A DNA stretch of 41,272 nucleotides from Chiloscyllium plagiosum. Taxonomy: Eukaryota. Below the pieces are notes generated by a model that was not told where the DNA came from, made no database searches, and saw only the letters and a program-made list of their open reading frames with translations. Made by a program: the position numbers and the translations under genes. Positions 12,428-24,461 of the stretch are shown here, in pieces; within the stretch, counting starts at the first letter, position 1; every line of letters starts with the position of its first letter. The DNA lies in NCBI RefSeq assembly GCF_004010195.1, contig NC_057718.1, positions 27,073,631 to 27,114,902 of the forward strand, given 5' to 3'.

Positions 12428-13034
12428 TCCTTAATATAGAGAATGTGTCAAATTGATTTATGGATCAGAATATGTAAAAGGAATAGTGAGATGATGAAAA
12501 AGCACTAGAGGTGAATCGCAAAAGCTTCATGCAAGGGCTAGCTACTGGAAGTTTAAGAGGAAGGGATCTGGAGAGAATTGTCGAGAAACCAACTAGCTGA
12601 AGGATATACTGCCAGTAATGGGGTGGTGAGAACGATGAGAATTTGAGATATAGAATGTTCAACAAAATAAAATATGGCTGGTGGAGATTTAAGAAATAAG
12701 ATGGAACAAAATGGTTGACCGATATGAAGAGAAGATGAAGGATGTAAAACCTAAGACGGTAAGCGCAGGAGTAGGCCATTTGGGCCTATTAGCCTTCTGC
12801 ACCTTTCAGTAAGATCATGGATCATCTGGTTGTGGTCTTAGCTCCACTTTGTTATCTGCATTTCATAATCCTGAGCCTTAAATAAATTTGACCTCCTATC
12901 TCTAATACCTTCACCTATTCAAGGATTTGAGGCAGTCAGAGTCAAATGTAGGTAAGTGAGGACAAGTGTAATAAATAAACAGTGCATAATGTTGGAATAT
13001 AAAGTTTTAGTCAAACTGATGTTTCAGTAAAGTA

Positions 13035-13375
13035 ATGGATGGATGATGAACTGAATTAATTTAATGTGACAGTGACAAAAGGGTTCCAATAGTAGGAGGC
13101 TGAAATATGGGCAGAGATAGAGAAATGTGTTCTAATGGAGTTGCACAGGGGTCAGAGTTGGGACCACAACTCTTCGTATTATGCATTAATGATATGGATG
13201 ATGGAACTGTCAGCATTGTGAATAAATTTGCAGATGGCACAAAGCTGGAGGGACAGATAGTGTTGAGGAAGTAGTGGGTCACTAGAAGAGCAGGCAAAGA
13301 AAGTGGCAGATGGAATGCCATGTGAAAAGTGCAAGGTAATGCAGTAAGAAGAATAGAGGCACAGGCTATTTTCTG
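13035..13375 (+). mobile_element. Old CR1-type RT fragment
   Basis: Remnants GVAQGSELGPQLF...INDMDDG...NKFADGTKL. Confidence 0.8.
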
Positions 13376-13418
13376 AATTTTGGATGTAGGTTTGCTCGCT
13401 GAGCTGAAAGGTTCATTT

Positions 13419-13458
13419 CCAGATGTTTCGTTACCTTACTAGGTAACACCTTCAGTGG
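13419..13458 (-). ncRNA. Second, antisense, mutated copy of the hammerhead motif
   Basis: Reverse complement: cca-CTGAAGg-t-GTTACC-tagtaa-GGTAAC-GAAA-c-ATC-tgg. Confidence 0.7.
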
Positions 13459-13795
13459 GCCTCATGTGAAGCAATGCTGAAATTTCCTGCTTTCTATTTT
13501 TATGTTTGGGTTTCTTTGGATTGGTGATGTAATTTCCTGTGGTGAAGTCACTTCCTGTTCCTTTTCTCAGGGGGTGGTAGATGGGGTCTAACTTGATGTG
13601 TTTGTTGATAAAGTTCCGGTTAGAACGCGATGCTTCTAGGAATTCTCGTGTGTGTCTTTGTTTGGCTTGTCCTAGGATGGATGTGTTGGCCCAGTCGAAG
13701 TGGTGAAGTCACCACAGGAAATTACATCACCAACCCAAAGAAACCCAAACATGTAAATAGAAAGCAGGAATTTTCAGCATCGCTTCGCATAAGGT

Positions 13796-13834
13796 CCACT
13801 GAAGATGTTACCTAGTAAGGTAACGAAATGTCTG
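13796..13834 (+). ncRNA. Minimal type I hammerhead ribozyme motif, sense to TP53BP2 pre-mRNA
   Basis: cca-CTGAAGA-t-GTTACC-tagtaa-GGTAAC-GAAA-t-GTC-tg: intact core, 6-bp stem II, GUC triplet; stem III ACGT altered to ATGT. Confidence 0.8.
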
Positions 13835-15758
13835 ATCAGGTCCTGGGGATTTATCCACTTTTATGCACTTCCTCCTTTGTAATATGGATATTTTTAAAGA
13901 TATCACCATCTATTTCCCTAGAGTCGAAACCTTCCATGTCCGTTTCCACAGTAAACACTGATGCAAAATGCTCGTTTAGTATCTCCCCATCTCCTGCGGT
14001 TCCACGCAAAGGCCGCCTTGCTGATCTTTGAGGGAACCTTTTCTCTCCTTCGTGACCCTTTTTGTCCTTAATGTATTTGTAAAAACCCTTTGGATTCTCC
14101 TTAATTCTATTTGCCAAAGCTATCTCATGTCCCCTTTTTGCCCTCCAGATTTCCCTCTTAAGTATACTCCTACTTCCTTTATACTCTTCTAAGGATTCAC
14201 TCAATCTATCCTGTCTATACCTGACAAATGCTTCCTTCTTTTTCTTAACCAAGCTCTCAATTTCTTCAGTCATCCAGCATTCCTATACCTACCGGTCTTT
14301 CCTTTCACCCTAATGGGGGTATACTGTCTCTGGACTCTTATTATCTCATTTCTGAAGGCTTCCCATTTTCCTTCCATTCCTTTTCATGCAAAATCTGCCC
14401 CCAAACAGCTTCTGAAAGTTCTTGCCTAATACCATCAAAGTTAGCCTTCCTTCACTTTAGAACGTCAATTTTTAGATCTGGTCTATTCTTCTCCATCACT
14501 ATTTTAAAACTAGAATTATGGTCTCTGGCCCCAAGTGCTCTTCCACTGTCACCTCAGTCACCTGCCCTATTTCCCAAGAGTAAGTCAAGTTTTGCACCTT
14601 CTCTAGTAGGTACATCCACATATTGAATCAGAAAATTTTCTTGTACACACTTAACAATTCCTTTCCATCTAAACCCTTAACACAATGGCAGTCCTAGTCT
14701 ATGTTTGGAAAGTTAAAAACTCCTACCATAACCATCCTGTTATTCTTACAGATAACTGAGATCTCCTTGCAAATTTGTTTCTTAATTTCCTCTGACTACT
14801 TAGAGGTCTACAATACAATTCCAGTAAGGTGATCATCCCTTTCTTATTTCTCAGTTCCAACCAAGTAACTTCCCTGGATGTATTTCCGGGAATATTCTCC
14901 CCTCAGTACAGCTGTAACGCTATCCTTTATCAAAAATGCCACTCCCCCTCCTCTCTTGCCTCCCTTTCTGTTCTTCCTGTAGCATTTGTCTCTTGGAACA
15001 TTAAGCAGCCAGTCCTGTCCATCCCTGTGCACGTTTCTGTAATTGCTGATATTCCAGTCCCATGTTGTTAACCATGCCCTAAATTCTTTTGCCTTCCCTG
15101 TTAGGTCTCTTGCATTGAAATAAAACTGCGTTTATTTGTCAGCCCTACATTGTTGTCTGCTTTGTGCCTGACTGTTCGACTCGCTTCTTTTTTCAACTGT
15201 GCCAATCTCGGATTGATCTCTTTCCTCACTATTTCCCTGGGTTCTCCACAACCCCCCCAACCACCTTATTAGTTTATATCCTCTTGAGCTGCTCTAGCAA
15301 ATCTCCCTGACAGTGTCTCAGTCCTCTTCCAATTCAGGTGCAATCTGTCCTTCTTGTACAGGTCACATTTACCCTAGAAGAGATTCCAATGATCCAAAAA
15401 TTGAATCCTTCTCCCACACACCAGTTCCTCAGCCATGCATTCATCTGCTCTATCCTCCTATTCCTGCCCTCACTAGCTTGCAGCACCAGGAGTAATCCAG
15501 ATATTAGTACTCCAGAGGATCTCCTTTTTAAATTCCTGTCTAATTTTTTATATTCTCCCTTCAGAATCTCATCCTTTTCCTATCTCGTTGGTTCCAATGT
15601 GTACAATGACCTCCTGCTGGTCCCTCTCTTCCTTGAGAACATTCTCACCCTCTCTGAGACATCCTTGATCCTGGTACCAGGGAGGCAACACACCATTCTG
15701 ACTTTTCGCTGCTGGCCACAGAAACATCTATTTGTACCTCGGACTAGAGAGTCCCCAT
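13835..15758 (-). mobile_element. CR1-type LINE 5' portion: ORF1 SGNH esterase remnant and ORF2 AP-endonuclease region
   Basis: GDSLVRGTNRCFCG...VCCLPG (GDSL-like), RKNRKGGKRGGGVAFLIKD (APE), LANRIKENPKGFYKYIK (linker). Confidence 0.92.
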
Positions 15759-16113
15759 GAAGTTGAGAAACACCAGCCATGATCAAATGGTGAAGATGAT
15801 TCGATGGGCTGACTGACCTAATTCTTCTCTTACATCTTATGGTCTCTTTACACTGGAGACGATAGGAGATCAAGTTTAACAAGATCTCACATTTGGTGGT
15901 GTTCTGGTTCAACCTGTGAGGGGAGGATTCTATGACCAGGAGAGGATTTTTGTGGCACGCACAGTGACTAATTTGTGAAGAGTAAAATGATTCCGTTCTA
16001 AGTGCAAAGTTTTGAAGATCAGTAAAAATATGGAATAATCCAGATCTTCATTTATCAAAATGTTTGAAGTTCTATTTTTATGTAAACTAATTTTATTCAA
16101 TTTTGATTTTCAG

Positions 16114-16549
16114 ACTGCTAACAAGAATGTCGTTAAAGTACCACCCCCTGTCCCTTCCAAACCAAAGCAGATTTCCTTACCTTATTTTGGACCATCTAAT
16201 TTAGCTGCTATAGCAGAGAATAAGCCAGAGTCAATCACTCAAAAGTTGCCTGGGAATGTAGGAACCATAGTCAATAAGCTGAAACCAACGCAAACTTCAG
16301 GATCACAGCATTGTGCTTCAAGTATGCAAATTCATTCTTCTCCAGAGGCGCCACCTGCCGCTACAGTACGACCTTTCACCCCACAACCATCTAAAGAACC
16401 TCCACCCCAACCCCTGAAAAAACCAGAGACAGTGGCTGCAAGTTCTATTTACACCATGTACACACAACAACAGGCACCAGGCAAAAACTTCCAACAGGCT
16501 GTTCAGAGTGCATTGACCAAAGTACAGACACGGCCTCAATTCACAAGTG
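16114..16549 (+). CDS. TP53BP2: TP53BP2 coding exon, 436 nt, phase 0-1
   Basis: ttttgattttcAG acceptor, GTG|gtaagg donor. Encodes TANKNVVKVPPPVPSKPKQISLPYFG...VRPFTPQPSK...TVAASSIYTMYTQQQAPGKNFQQAVQSALTK, diagnostic of ASPP2. Confidence 0.97.
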
Positions 16550-17139
16550 GTAAGGAAGATTTCATTTATTGGCTGTTTTGAATTGAATTTTTGGATTTTG
16601 TTTTCTGATGGTTCCATTGTGATCTGGTGTTAGCATGTAATATTCCCTTCTCCCTTTCCCAACATTGTTATTTCTAAACAATTGATTTTTGCTCTGAGAT
16701 ATATATTTTGTGTCTTCATGTTAAGTGATAGTGGTGTGGATTAATACTTTCTGATAGGGAAGATAGTCATGTTATTTTTTGCTCGTGTACTCTGGCTGTT
16801 TTTGTAGCGCTTGTCCAATAACGGAGTTTGTGAATTTAAAATCTTTTTGGACTAAGGAAATAAATACTACAGTGGAAATCTCTCCATAAGATAGAACTTC
16901 TTCTTTAAAAAAATGTTTTTATCCATATGCTGTATGATGCTCAGATTAGAATTGTGGAAATGTTAAGATGGGTTTGTTGTCAGACAGTTTTTACTTTTAA
17001 TGGTGTATGGTAGACTGCACATAATATTTGGACTCTACATGCAGAAAACTTTTTCCAAACCTCCCTTCCCATCCTATGAACCTAGGAAGTTGTGTTGCAC
17101 AACGCCTCCCAGCAAACAACCTTGACTGGAGTTTTGACC

Positions 17140-17870
17140 GTGTGTGTTGCTGAGCAAAAAGACCTTGGAGTGCAGGTTCATAGCTCCTTGAAAGTGGAGT
17201 CGCAGGTAGATAGGCTAGTGAAGAAGGTATAAGGTATGCTTTCCTTGATTGGTCAGAGTATTGAGTACAGGAGTTGGGAGGTCATGTTGCGGCTGTACAA
17301 GACATTGGTTCAGCCACTTTTGGAACATTGCGTGCAAGTCTGGTCTCCTTCCAATTGGAAGGATGTTGTGAAACTTAAAAGGGTTTAGAGAAGATTTACA
17401 AGGATGTTGGCAGGGTTGAAGGATTTGAGCTATAGGGACATATTGAATAGGCTAGGGCTGTTTTCCCTGGAGCGTCGGAAGCTGAGGAGTGACCTTATGG
17501 AGGTTTATAAAACCATAAAGGGCATGGTTAGGATAAATAGGCAAAGTCTCTTCCCTGGTGGGGGAGTCCAGAACTAGAGGGCATAGATTTAGGGTGAGAG
17601 GGGAAAGATAAAGAAGAGACCTAAGGGGCAACTTGTGAAGCAGGGGGTGGTACGTGCATGGAATGAGCTACAGAGGAAATGGTGGAGGCTAGTACAATTG
17701 CAACATTTAAAAGGCATCTGGGTGGGTATATGAATAGGAAGGGTTTGGAGGGATATGGGCCAGGTGCTGGCAGGTGGGACTAGATTGGGTTGGGATATCT
17801 GGTCGGCATGAACGAGTTGGACCCAAGGGTCTGTTTCCGTGCTGTACATCTCTATGTCTTTATGACCCTA
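17140..17870 (+). mobile_element. CR1/HER1-type LINE 3' end
   Basis: Close match to 21960-22613; tail ctgtttccgtgctgtacatctctatg. Confidence 0.93.
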
Positions 17871-18528
17871 TGCTCTCTTTACCTAAAAAAAAATTACTTA
17901 ATGTTAAGGGGAGTGCAGAAAAAGTTCACCAGACTTTTGCTGGGATAGCAAATTCATTATTCCTGTAAAAAGAGATTGGGTCGACTGGTCAGTCATCACT
18001 GGAATTGAGAAGAATAAAAGGGGATCTCTTGAAACATACAAATTTCTGACAGGGCTCAGATGGTTGATGAATCTGTGGAATTTTTGACAGAAGACTGGAG
18101 GCAATAGCACTGAATATACTTAAAGAAATTGATACATTTTTCGAACTTAAGGCATTTCAGGTTATTGGGGCGAGAACAGAATATGATGTGATCAGCTGTT
18201 ATCAAGGGTGGCCCACCACTGCTGCTATTTGTGTGTTCAAGCAGAGTTTGCAATAGTAAAGTTGTCCCTATAAAAATAGGAAATGATGGAAATGCCACAG
18301 GTTAGCTAGCTTCTGTGATGAACAACAACAGGATAGTGTATTGGTAACATTGGATAAAAAACAAAATGATGGGGATCATTTCAGTATCACATTTTTAACA
18401 AACCTATTTGTAAGTGTATAAAATTTAAGAGGAAAATTCGCAAGCAGAAAATTATTCCGTGAAATGTTAAATCAAATTAACTTTGGCTATTTCTAAATTT
18501 GTGTTCCGTGTTATTTTGTCAATTGCAG

Positions 18529-19340
18529 TGTATGGCAAACCAGTTATTCCTGGGTCCTCTCAGAATTACGTAGGAAATCAGCATCAAAATGACCAGGAGA
18601 TTAGTAGTACACATTCAAAGAGCCAAGATAAACCAGATGGTCCTGATTCTGAGACTGATAATGCTGCATCTCCAGCAGACCATTCGGAGACTGAACGCAT
18701 TCCACGACCACTGAGCCCCACGAAGCTCCTGCCTTTTATGTACAATCCATACCGAAATCAGAGTGATGCTGACTTGGAAGCATTAAGGAAAAAACTGTCC
18801 AACGCTCCCAGGCCACTGAAAAAGCGTAGCTCAATTACAGAACCAGAGGGACCAAATGGACCTAATATTCAGAAGCTGCTGTACCAGCGCACGACACTGG
18901 CTGCTATGGAGACTGGTAGCCCAATGCCATTCTACCAGCCAAAACAACCTGCTCTTTTATCTGCAGAAGCGAATGTTGTTGATGAAAGCACAGATCACGG
19001 TATTAAACAAGAGGAAGACTCTCCAGCTGTAACAAATATTCCTTCAGATCAGTCTGAACTAATTCTGAAGAAGGAAGCTGAAACTTCAGATGCTGAAGAA
19101 CATGTTTCATCTTCTCCACGTGGTTCTTTTCTGGAGGGACAGATACCAACATCTTCTGTTCTATCTTCTGTGGAAGAGCACCAAAGTGAAGATAGCCCAC
19201 ACTCTTCAGAAGAATTAACAGACGAATATCCCCCATACCCCCCACCTCCATATCCTATTACTGGTGAACAGGAGAATGTAGGAGATGATACTTTTAATAT
19301 GCGCGCACCTGAAATTACTGGACATACCATCTTGCCACCT
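18529..19340 (+). CDS. TP53BP2: TP53BP2 large coding exon, 812 nt, phase 1-0; proline-rich region with PPxY motif
   Basis: aattgcAG acceptor, CCT|gtgagt donor. Encodes (V)YGKPVI...ERIPRPLSPTKLLPF...SDADLEALRKKLSNAPRPLKKRSSITEPEGPNGPNIQKLLYQRTT...EYPPYPPPPYP...EITGHTILPP. Confidence 0.98.
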
Positions 19341-19567
19341 GTGAGTAGTCCACACTGTTAAGATTTTTGCTGAAAATTTGAAATCATAAATTGATCTCAT
19401 TTTAGTTTGCACAAATAATTTTGATAGCGATGCAATTTGTATTTTTGACCAGGTGCTTTATTTCTTTCATTTAAATTTCCAAAAATATTAACTTAACTTT
19501 CCAATTATCAAATGCAGTTCGTTTTCCTGAATACATGCTTGCTTTTTTTCTAAAATGGAAAGATTTA

Positions 19568-19657
19568 GACAAAAACACAGACAGTGCTGGAGAAACTCCG
19601 ATCTGGCAGCATCTGTGGGGAAAGTAACAGTTAACATTTTGAGTTGGTATGTTTCTT
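19568..19657 (-). mobile_element. Decayed Penelope-derived short repeat (family C)
   Basis: gtgctggagaaactc...tctggcagcatctgtgg...gttaacattttgag, inverted relative to 20294-20423. Confidence 0.6.
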
Positions 19658-20127
19658 AGGTGGAAGCTTAGGTTTATTATCCATTAACATGTAAGCCAGG
19701 GATTAGAATGAGGTAGAGAGTTTTAGTTAACCTCAAAAGCAGTAATCATAGTAGTCATTTAAGATTAATTTTGTTATTCTTATTCAAGAAGAGATATTTA
19801 AAGAAAAATTAGTTGAACTGATTAAAGACACTCGGGTGCTGATGCAGCTGGCAGAGTTTCTGTGAAAATGCAATGTGGCTGAAACAGTATTGACCCTGAG
19901 ACAAAGTAATGGGGCTGAGACAATGATGAAACAAAACACAGGCATTGGACAGGAAATAGTATGGCACTTAGAAAGATAAGTGGAGCCAGGGGCATCATGG
20001 ATACCTTGCCACTTTTTGAATGTGTTTGTCTAAAACAGACTTTTTTTGGAAGTCAAGTAATGTAGTGCCACTTTTGAATTCATTTTGGGGTCGAGTCTCC
20101 CAACATTGGCTCATTATCCATATCATA

Positions 20128-20240
20128 CGGGGAGAATGCGGGTAAGTGGAGTTGAAATGCCCATCAGCCATGATTGAATGGCGGAGTGGACTCGATGGGC
20201 CGAATGGCCTTACTTCCGCTCCTATGTCTTATGGTCTTAT
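20128..20240 (+). mobile_element. Short CR1-type 3' tail insertion
   Basis: atcagccatgattgaatggcggagtggactcgatgggccgaatggcc...tatgtcttatggtcttat, CpGs retained. Confidence 0.8.
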
Positions 20241-20293
20241 TAAAAGATCATTGATTAGGACCTCAAGGCTCCTGAGCTTAATTCGTAAAATAA

Positions 20294-20423
20294 TCTGAAG
20301 AGTCTGCAGAGTCATACCGGATTCCAAACATTAACTTGATTCTCTCTTTACTGCCAGACCTGCTGAATTTCTCCAGTGTTTTGTGTTTATTTCATATTCC
20401 CAGCATTCGCAGAATTTAGCTTT
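20294..20423 (+). mobile_element. Decayed Penelope-derived short repeat (family C) with degenerate hammerhead remnant
   Basis: ctgaaga...gagtcataccggattccaaacattaac...ctgccagacctgctgaatttctccag. Confidence 0.6.
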
Positions 20424-21216
20424 GATATTTTTAACTCCTTTAGCCACTAGTTATTGCTGTACTTTGTTCATTCATGTATAATATGCAAAAAGGTTTCAAA
20501 AAGATCTTTTTGAAAATTATGCTTTATTTTGGAATTAGATTATTGTTAGCATTGGTAAATTTTATTACCTATAACCTAGAATTTTGTTTAAAACATTAGC
20601 TTGTGATCTAATGGTCCTGAAATGATGCATGTATATGCTAATGGTCCACACTTTCTTTAATGTTCTATATTAGTTACAGCTTTAGTATTAAAGAGAGAAC
20701 AAAAATACATGTTCTCATTTTGACAAGAACATGGATAAATCTGTATTTTAGAAACATTGCTGATTTGAATTGCACTTTATTTGCTGTGACCCCCTCCTTG
20801 GATCAGTATACGTAACTTTCCTTACTGCTGTATCTGAGATAGCTAGCTGCAGTGAAACTTATTAAGCCATTTAATTCTAAACTATTTGGAGCACACTGTT
20901 GTAATAGAGATGGGCTCCAGGATAATTTCAAAATTGGCATTTCATCTTATACAGTTCATCTGCATGTCCAAATGAAATGGAGGAAGAAATTTCCTTTATT
21001 ATTTGGTGCATTTCTTTACTTGTTTCTTTGAAATTGTCTTTTCATTGTTATCTCTTGGTCTTACCTTCACTCTTTCTATTATAGCATCATGGCGTCATAA
21101 AGCATAGAAACAGGCCCTTCAGGCCATCATGTCTCTGCCATCCAACAAACACTAAACTACACCAATCCCATTTACCTGCAGTTGGTCCATCATCTGCTGT
21201 GCCCTGACAGTTTAAC

Positions 21217-22613
21217 AGTCACAGGTCAGGTGCCGGAAGACTGGAGGTTGGCTAACATGGTGCCACTGTTTAAGAAAGGTGGTAGGAACAAGCCAGGGAA
21301 CTATAGACCAGTGAGCCTGACATCGGTGATGAGCAAGTTGTTGGAGGGAATCCTGAGGAACAGGATGAACATGTATTTGGAAAGGCAAGGACTGATTAGG
21401 GATAGTCAACATGGCTATGTGCATGGGAAATCATGTCTCACAAACTTGATTGAGTTTTTTGAAGAAGTAGCAAAGAAGGTTGATGAGGGCAGAGCAGTAG
21501 ATGTAATCTATACGGACTTCAGTAGGGCATTCAACAAGGTTCCCATGGAAGACAGGTTGGCGAGGTTAGATCTCACGGAATACAGGGAGAACTAGCTATT
21601 TGGATACAGGACTGGCTCAAAGGTAGAAGACAGAGGGTGGTGGTAGAGGGTTGTTTTTCAGACTGGAGGCCTGTGACCAGTGGTGTGCCACAAGGATCAG
21701 TGCTGGGTCCACTACTTTTCATCATTTATATAAGTGATATGGATGCGAGCATGAGAGGTACAGTTAGTAAGTTTGCAGATGACACCGCAATTGGACAGCG
21801 AAGAAGGTTACCTCAGATTATATTGGGATCTTGATCAGGTGGGCCAATGGGTTGAGAAGTGGCAGATGAAGTTTAATTCAGATAAATATGAGGTGCTGCA
21901 TTTTGGGAAAGCAAATCTTAGCAGGATTTATACACTTCATGGTAAGATCCTAGTGAGTGTTGCTGAACAAAGAGACCTTGGAGTGCAGGTTCATAGCTCC
22001 TTGAAAATGGCGTCACAGGTAGATAGGACAGTGAAGAAGGTGTTTGTTATGCTTTCCTTTATTGGTCAGAGTATTGAGTGCAGGAGTTGGGAAGTCATGT
22101 TGCAGATGTACAGGACATTGGTTAGGCCACTGTTGGAATACTGCATGCAATTCTGGTCTTCCTATCGGAAGGATGTTGTGAAGCTTGAAAGGGTTCAGAA
22201 AAGATTTACAAGGACATTGCCAGGGTTGGAGGATTTGAGCCATAGGAAGAGGCTGAACAGGCTCGGGCTGTTTTCCCTGGAGCGTCAGAGGCTGGGTTTC
22301 CCTGGGTTGCAGGAGTCCGGAGCTAGAGGGCATAGGTTTAAGGTGAGAGGGGAAAGATATAAAAGAGACCTAAGGGGCAACTTTTTCATGCAGACAATGG
22401 TACTTGTATGGAATGAGCTGCCAGAGGAAGTGGTGGAAGCGAGTACAATTGCAACATTTTAAAGGCATTTGGATGGGTCTATAAATAGGAAGAGTTTGGA
22501 GGGATATGGACCGGGTTCTAGCAGGTGGGACTAGATTGGGTTGGAATATCTGGTCAGCATAGACAAGTTGGACTGAAGGGTCTGTTTCCGTCCTGTACAT
22601 CTCTATGACTCTA
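21217..22613 (+). mobile_element. CR1/HER1-type LINE, 5'-truncated 1.4 kb, frameshifted RT
   Basis: [43 protein letters not shown]; tail catctctatgactct. Confidence 0.96.
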
Positions 22614-22960
22614 AGTACTTAGCCAGATTCTTCCTACATTTTGCGAGAATACTTGCCTCCACCCACCCTCTCAGGCAGCATGTTTCATATATCTACCACC
22701 CTGTGGTTGAAAATAACCTGTCCTCAGATCTGCACTCAACTACTTACTCCTTTTCTTAGACTTATGCCCTCTGGCCTCAGCCATGTCTGCCGTGGGAAAG
22801 AGATTCACATGATCTACCTCTGTTTATGCTGCTCATGCTTTTGTATACCTAAATCAGATCCTGCTTTAGCCTCCTCTACTCCAAGGTAAAAAACCTGGCC
22901 TATCCAGTCTCTCATAGTAACTGAGTTTTTTCAACCAAGGAAACAATCTAGTGAATCTTT

Positions 22961-23306
22961 TAGAATAGAATAGAAGCCCTACAGCATGGAAATAGGCCAT
23001 TCAGCCCAACAAGTCCACACTGACCCTCTGAAGAGTAACCCACCCAGACCCCTACCACTCTATATTTACCTCTAACTAATGCATCTGACCTACACATTCC
23101 TGAACACGATGGGCAATTTAGCATGGCCAATCTACCTGACTTGCATATGTTTGCATTGTGGGAGGAAACCAGAGCAACCAGAGAAAACCCATGCGGACAC
23201 TGGGAGAATGTGCAAACTCCACACAGACAGTCACCCAAAGCTGGAATTGAACCCGGTCCCTGATGCTGAGAGGCAGCAATGCTAACCACTGAGCCACCGT
23301 GCGCCC
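22961..23306 (-). mobile_element. HE1-type V-SINE, (ttcta)n-tail variant
   Basis: Reverse complement of head, V domain and tail. Confidence 0.93.
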
Positions 23307-24045
23307 CCCCGGTCTCCTGTGCATCCTCTTCAAAACAATCACATCCTTCCAATAGTGTGGCAACGGGAACTGCACAGAGTATTCTATTTGTGACTGAGTC
23401 AAAGTTTTATAAAGTTGTCACAAGACTGACTTGCACATATATTCTCTTCCCCAGTTAATGAAGACAAGCATCCCATATGCCTTTTTTCTCCATCTTGTCA
23501 GCCTGTGCTGAGACCTTTTAGGGATCTATGGACTTGTACACCAAGAACCCTTTGTTCCTCGATACTTCCAAGGGATCGACCATTCCTTGTGCTTTACCTT
23601 CCTTCATTAGGCCTCCCAGAATGTATCACCTCACACTTATCAGGAATAAATCCATCTGCCATTGCTGTGCCCAATTTACCAGCTGATCAATATCAGGCTG
23701 TAGACTGAGAACATTCTCTTCACTGTCAAGACCATCACCAATTTTCGGATCATCTGCAAGCTTACAACTTCTAACTTTTACACTCACATCCAAGTCATTA
23801 ATGTAAATAACAAACTACAAGGGTCCCATAACAAAACATGGGGAACACCACTGATCACAAGCTTCCAATTACAAATATGGCCCTTCACCATGACTCTTTG
23901 CCTTCTGTTTGTTAGCCAGTTTTGGATCCAGTTTGCCATACTGCCTTGGATTCCATGGGCTCTTAACATTTGAATTATCCTTCCATGTGAGACCTTGTCA
24001 AAGGTTTTACTAAAGTTCATGTAAACCATATCATGTAAACCATGT

Positions 24046-24348
24046 GGGCGGCACGGTGGCACAGTGGTTAGCACTGCTGCCTCACAGCGCCAGAGACCCG
24101 GGTTCAATTCCCGACTCAGGCGACTGACTGTGTGGAGTTTGCACATTCTCCCCGTGTCTGCGTGGGTTTCCTCCGGGTGCTCCGGTTTCCTCCCACAGTC
24201 CAAAGATGTGTGGGTCAGGTGAATTGGCCACGCTAAATTGCCCGTAGTGTTAGGTTAAAGGGGTAAATGTCGGGGTGGATTGCGCTTCAGCGGGTCGGTG
24301 TGGACTTGTTGGGCCGAAGGGCCTGTTTCCACACTGTAATGTAATCTA
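24046..24348 (+). mobile_element. Young full-length HE1-type V-SINE
   Basis: gggcggcacggtggcacagtgg head, CpGs intact, candidate TSD atatc at 24028-24032 and 24349-24353. Confidence 0.96.
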
Positions 24349-24461
24349 ATATCAACTGTATTGCATTCAGTATCTTTTCCAAAAAAGCTTCAGAAGAAGC
24401 TTCAGTGGAATCTCACTTCACTGCCATAATGGACAAGTAATGGAATTTGACAGGTTTTGTT

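Larger units (their letters stand above)
13381..13834 (-). mobile_element. Penelope-like element (family A): GIY-YIG C-terminus with inverted pseudo-LTRs
   Basis: Minus strand from about 13705 translates HHFDWANTSILGQAKQRHTREFLEASRSNRNFINKHIKLDPIYHPL, typical of the Penelope endonuclease end. Arms 13420-13545 and 13709-13834 are inverted (115/126 identical). Confidence 0.9.
21094..24385 (-). mobile_element. Older CR1-type LINE split by a younger CR1 and two SINEs
   Basis: Tail at 21094-21200, continuing at 22614-22960, 23311-24045 and 24351-24385; RT remnant MVYMNFSKTFDKVSHG...WIQNWL. Confidence 0.85.

Noticed and set aside
16060..16113. ATG-initiated N-terminal extensions of exon ORFs (also 18483 and 29293)
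   Set aside because: They translate polypyrimidine tracts upstream of canonical acceptors.
19003..19412. Antisense ORFs over the large exon (also 16318-16617)
   Set aside because: Shadows of the coding strand with no independent evidence.
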